DNA of 63,408 nucleotides, counting the filler, from Globobulimina sp. (lineage: Eukaryota): assembly GCA_003354225.1 (NCBI GenBank). It is 28 parts of 28 records of this genome, joined end to end, with 100 filler letters (N's around TTAATTAATTAA, not from the genome) between each part and the next. Parts side by side here need not be neighbours in the genome. Positions count along the whole stretch, not along the records: positions 58,975 to 61,141 come from PIVH01008480.1; positions 61,242 to 63,408 come from PIVH01008481.1; 26 more parts are not named here. One strand, written 5' to 3'. A model generated the notes under the pieces. That model ran no database searches. It was not told where the DNA came from and worked only from the letters and a program-made list of their open reading frames with translations. Each line of letters opens with the position of its first letter. Position 1 is the stretch's first letter. A program made the translations under genes and the position numbers. This document shows positions 58,975 to 63,408 of this stretch, one piece after another.

Positions 58975-60340
58975 CATGGATGATTTAAAACAAATCGAGT
59001 TTGACACATTCACCCCAAACTTACTTATTTTTGATCTATATCACATTAGTTATCGTATGACAGATATCACAGTGGCTTACTGCAGATTGCTAAAGAATTC
59101 ATTTTATACATTTCAAATTAATCCGGACCATCAGTGGTTCCATCAAACACGTGCTTTGGATGCAGCTCAAGAAAATATGGATGGCTTTTATGAGAATGTG
59201 TCGCTTTTTTATAATCGAACAGTTCATGCATATGTTAGATATACTGGATGTAGGGTAAAATTAGAAACAATTGTTTCTCGAATTCAATCATTGCACAACC
59301 TGTATATATATAGCAATGTACTGAATGTAGCGACTGATCCAATAACATTTATTGATAAATTAACATCAGGGATTAGCTTGAAAACAAACAAAAGATCGTG
59401 GAGTGCCACTTTGAGGATGAGAATATCGGAGGAATTATTGAGAGGCATTGTGGACTGTACTAATATTGAATTATTTACTTGTAACTCTTTACGGAGAATT
59501 CCATGGAATGCACCATTACTTAATTATGACCCATACAATATTAATTTCCAAATTGTAAAGTATAATACATCACAAATTCAGGATAATGAAAGAATTTATC
59601 AGATAAAAATTCATCAACAAGAACAAGCTCCGTATCCTATTCACAAACCAGCTGAAAGAGTCACAATTAAATATAAGAAAGAGTTCATTGTGAAAGACTG
59701 TATAAATCATGTATTAGGCTCAAGAGATACAGCCAACGCAAATGAATGTAAAATAAATGACAGCATATCATATATATTATCACGGTATGCTTTAGGTCAA
59801 CGTAGACGGAGAGCTAATATTCAGATAGAAACAGCTGCATATTTAATGGAAACAGCTGCAATTCCAAGGTTGTCCAGACACGAAAATATTAAAATAATTT
59901 TGTTTGATTTATTTATGATTGAGACCAAAAGATCTGATCAAGCGTCTGGTAATAAATTGAAATTAAAAATTAAATTTATGATCAAATCATCAATATATTT
60001 CCCGGAAAATCAAGGATTTAATGCAAAAACGAATGTTGCTGAAATTGATAATTTTAAGTATGTTGGAATGCCATTGATTATATGGGTTGGTAAGAAAGAC
60101 TCATTGCAAGATATTATTGATGAATATGTTCATCGCGAAGCACGTGAAAGTGTTCAATTTTCTTATCGGGTAAAGTTGAATGATAAAATTGTGTCAATTG
60201 CCAAAGGACAGCGGAACAAATGTTTTCCGTATCGGTTTTTACAACAGAATCCAAATGATTTTATTATTGTTTCTTTAGCAAAGATTCAAGAAACACAGTT
60301 TTGGATACCATCATTTCCAAACTGGGTTTATAATCTGTAA
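58975..60340 (+). CDS. Hypothetical protein, 3' part; weak resemblance to USP7 C-terminal Ubl domains
   Basis: 454-aa ORF. VGMPLIIWV...SLQDII resembles the last USP7 Ubl domain. Confidence 0.45.
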
Positions 60341-60432
60341 ATTAATATAATTAAATCACGTGAATTAAATTGCATGTATTTTCTATAATTTTTCTCTATG
60401 ATCTAAGAAGAAAAACGTTTTAGTTTTTTAAA

Positions 60433-61141
60433 ATGCAAGATGCGCTCTCTGAGTTTGAAGGGACAATTTACACAATCAATGATCAGAATAAAGTATTAAG
60501 AATAACACAACAGCTTTTCCGTGCATGCACTTTGTATAAAATGTTTCCAATCGAAATCATACATTTAATAATATCATATTCTATATGTCCTTTACATTAT
60601 GCTGAATTTTCATTGATTCGTGACGACCAACAAATTCCTGCTATTTCTACATTGACAGATAAAAAAAAGATCAAAAAACAAGCATTATTAAAAAAATTGC
60701 AGGCTTTATCAGTAATATTAACACAACAAAAATCATATTTAAATCGGTTTAATGATGATAGTCATAATTCATATGAAAATATAAAAAGAATAACCGAAAA
60801 TATAAAGCAATATCAAAGTGAATTATATGATAAATGTCGTCTAATAAAAGAAAATATGATTAAAGATATAATATCCGCAGCAAATGACAATCAAATTACG
60901 TTAGACATTGAAATATATGATGCTATGATAAATTGCATATTTACTAATTTATCCATTCAATTCCAAACAAGTCAGGGATTTTGCTCAAATTCATTAGAAA
61001 ATGAAACAAAATATGATTGGGAACAACTAGCAAATGGAAGAGAAGATGTATTGCACGAAAACTTATTAAATATGAAAAAAGAAAGGAAATCAAACTTTGC
61101 ATTACAAATATTAGAATTATGGCATTGGATTTATAATCATG
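60433..61141 (+). CDS. Hypothetical coiled-coil protein, 3'-truncated
   Basis: Open from ATG to the contig edge; includes FPIEIIHLIISY. Confidence 0.6.
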
Positions 61142-61241
61142 NNNNNNNNNNNNNNNNNNNNNNNNNNNNNNNNNNNNNNNNNNNNTTAATTAATTAANNN
61201 NNNNNNNNNNNNNNNNNNNNNNNNNNNNNNNNNNNNNNNNN

Positions 61242-61446
61242 AGGTCGGATTTTCATTGATCGACTGTTGATAATATTTTTTGGCATTTTTATATTCACCT
61301 AATTCTACGCATACATCAGCCAAACGACACAACGATTCGTAATGCCCGTCGCTTGCGTCGACTATCTCTAATAAGACTTGTTTGCAATCAGAAAATTGTT
61401 TATTGCGAAACAATTGTTTTGCTCGTTGTTTTTTGGAACCATTCAT
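61242..61446 (-). CDS. TPR protein N-terminus
   Basis: SLCRLADVCVELGEYKNAKKYYQQSINENP. Confidence 0.75.
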
Positions 61447-61500
61447 CCAACAAAAAATGTGTGCAAAACTTTTGAACTAAACAAAACTTTTGATCACATA

Positions 61501-62997
61501 ATGCTGCGTTATTTTCGTAAAATGGGCAGCATGGAACAAATATTTACCATGTTCAATGACGATAAAATTGCAGGATGGGGTCCAATGGCGGGAGTTGATA
61601 AAATTAATGGTTTGTCGCAAATTCCATTGAAAACAATACAAATGGACTGGAATAGAATACATTTAAAATATGAATCATTTCAATGTCAAATTTTAACCAC
61701 ACCGAATGTAAACGAATACGATGATGTACTTATTGGTTGTTTACCATTTCAAATTCTAAAATGTGATGGAAAAGATCGTGATCAATTACTTTTACATGAA
61801 CTCAATCATCGTTTTTTATTATTAAATGATTTCAATTTATCACACAAAGATATACAAAATAAAAATTACAATATAAATGATATTGCGCCATTATATCGTA
61901 TATTTATTATCGATGATTGGCTCTTAATCAATTTTAACCACTGTCTGCTTGATGGCATATCGTGCATTGCCGTGTTAAATGATTTTTTATCCCTATTAAA
62001 TAATGACACATTCAATGAGACAAAAATCCCATATTCCACCATTGAACAATGTATTAAACCAAATCTATCCTCATCCAAAATGCAACGAAAAATAAATAAC
62101 TTAATTCCCACAAATTGGGCACTTAAATTTGGTAAATTCTATGCAAACAATTATTATTTAAGCAAATATAATCCACTCAATTTGCATCGTGACGATATCT
62201 TACGTTTTCAATATTATTTTGATCCGAAATTATTAACATTTCCATTGAAAGAATTTGATAAAAAAGATTATAGAGTTAATTTTTTATCATTTGTTTTATC
62301 TAAAAACACGGGATTTGGACTTCGAAAACAATGTAAATTGAATAAAGTTCATATATCCTCTTTATTGCAATACTTAGCGACCGAAACAATGATTGAGTGT
62401 CATGATAGTTTGCAGGAGGAATATTATAAAACAATGGTAAACAATGTATTTAGCACAATTCCAATGTACAAAGATGCAGCAAAAATATATCTTGGCATTC
62501 ATGCTTCGTCGTTTATGACAGTTGTTGAGTATTATAAGAATCTTAAAATTGGATCGGACAGATTTTGGCAAATTATCCGCAAAATAGATGAACAAGTATT
62601 GAATGATAATATGGTTTCGAAAGTATTTAAGAATAAATTTCCATATATGAATCTTAAAAAATTTATGCGATTTGTATTGGATGCCAAGAATGATATATTT
62701 GAAGGAAAAGGAATTGGAGCACCAACCATTACAAATCCAGGGTTGATGAGAATAAATAAAAAAGAGTGGAAATATAAAATCACAGAATCCATTGGCGGGG
62801 CCAATCCTGGCGTTGGAATGGGTGCAATGTATCTTTTGGGTGGAACTACGATCAAAGGAATTGATGAAATGAGAATGGGAATGATTTATGGCGTACAGCA
62901 TTTAACACAACAACTGGCACAAGAATTTATGCTCAAATTACAAGCAAAATTACAACTCATTGGATCTTCAAACCCTAATTATCGATCAAAATTGTGA
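61501..62997 (+). CDS. Condensation-fold / alcohol-acetyltransferase-like CoA-dependent acyltransferase with PTS1
   Basis: PLYRIFI...FNHCLLDGISC (HxxxDG) and TITNPG; ends RSKL. ATG 61501 is preferred because the longer ORF overlaps the TPR gene. Confidence 0.8.
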   Translation: MLRYFRKMGSMEQIFTMFNDDKIAGWGPMAGVDKINGLSQIPLKTIQMDWNRIHLKYESFQCQILTTPNVNEYDDVLIGCLPFQILKCDGKDRDQLLLHELNHRFLLLNDFNLSHKDIQNKNYNINDIAPLYRIFIIDDWLLINFNHCLLDGISCIAVLNDFLSLLNNDTFNETKIPYSTIEQCIKPNLSSSKMQRKINNLIPTNWALKFGKFYANNYYLSKYNPLNLHRDDILRFQYYFDPKLLTFPLKEFDKKDYRVNFLSFVLSKNTGFGLRKQCKLNKVHISSLLQYLATETMIECHDSLQEEYYKTMVNNVFSTIPMYKDAAKIYLGIHASSFMTVVEYYKNLKIGSDRFWQIIRKIDEQVLNDNMVSKVFKNKFPYMNLKKFMRFVLDAKNDIFEGKGIGAPTITNPGLMRINKKEWKYKITESIGGANPGVGMGAMYLLGGTTIKGIDEMRMGMIYGVQHLTQQLAQEFMLKLQAKLQLIGSSNPNYRSKL

Positions 62998-63162
62998 GCT
63001 GTAAATCATGATTTATTATAATAACCTGTAATTCTAATTTTTATATCTACTCCTACTCTCTCTTGAACTTATTCATATGGCAGTGTCCATAAGGGGTTCT
63101 TATGGCACATAGTTTTTCCTGTAGTTTTTTTTCGAGTTCTGGAAGCTTTAGATGACAGAACC

Positions 63163-63408
63163 ATGACTGTTTTCTGGATTTTGTTGCTTTCAACAACGTG
63201 TAATACACAATATACTGACATAACTGGTTTGTGGAATGATGATTATATGGCCACCTCTAACGTAGCAACCCCTGGATGGGAATATCATGATGGTGGTATA
63301 ATAGATGGTACTAACCATTCCTATCATGGTTATTATCTTGGAGCTGGAGGTGGAATCTCTGGGCCTTTATTGTCCTTCCGAGAGAATTATGAGATTGAAC
63401 GCATGTTT
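63163..63408 (+). CDS. 5' end of a secreted protein
   Basis: MTVFWILLLSTTCNT signal-like start, open to the window end. Confidence 0.5.
   Translation, partial: MTVFWILLLSTTCNTQYTDITGLWNDDYMATSNVATPGWEYHDGGIIDGTNHSYHGYYLGAGGGISGPLLSFRENYEIERMF

Noticed and set aside
2171-61241. Regularly spaced TTAATTAATTAA as a CRISPR-like or biological repeat
   Set aside because: It is always embedded in identical N runs and provides stops in all six frames, so it is an artificial linker. The regular spacing comes from sorting contigs by length.
61378-61500. N-terminal extension of the acyltransferase ORF
   Set aside because: It has a non-ATG start and overlaps the divergent TPR gene; ATG 61501 fits better.
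63083-63110. Small hairpin GTGTCCATAAG/CTTATGGCAC followed by a T-run, as an intrinsic terminator
   Set aside because: The contig is eukaryotic and the stem is short, so chance is plausible.
1-63408. A multi-gene operon or island spanning the window
   Set aside because: Neighbours across linkers are unlinked, and most contigs are eukaryotic.

Overview
This window is not one locus. It is 28 unrelated short contigs (2170 to 2167 bp, sorted by decreasing length) joined by an artificial 100-bp linker (N44-TTAATTAATTAA-N44), so gene order across linkers means nothing. Contig 1 (1-2170) is bacterial. It carries an amidohydrolase_2 gene missed by the ORF track and a frameshifted REP-associated tyrosine transposase (RAYT) with a REP doublet inside its own coding sequence. 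The other 27 contigs are mostly very AT-rich, gene-dense eukaryotic DNA with short GT-AG introns (44-130 nt) and the standard code; I infer a protist, resembling foraminifera/Rhizaria. At least one contig (9081-11250) looks chimeric. Recognisable genes include formate dehydrogenase, PAAF1/Rpn14, a Cys-less pentameric ligand-gated channel, SLC1, SLC35A and MFS transporters, a USP deubiquitinase, two PPR proteins and three PTS1-tagged enzymes. The best novelty candidates are: (1) an expanded protein family, on up to 6 of 27 contigs, joining a His/Cys-rich N-terminal module to an ADP-ribosyltransferase-like core with an unusual YHG/STS/ExE motif set; (2) an intron-encoded 18-bp hairpin framed by C/D-box-like motifs; (3) two adjacent MITE-like elements; (4) a recurrent GTGACA motif just upstream of start codons; and (5) a PB1-GTPase-Cys-repeat protein. 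All calls come from reading motifs by eye; no searches were run.
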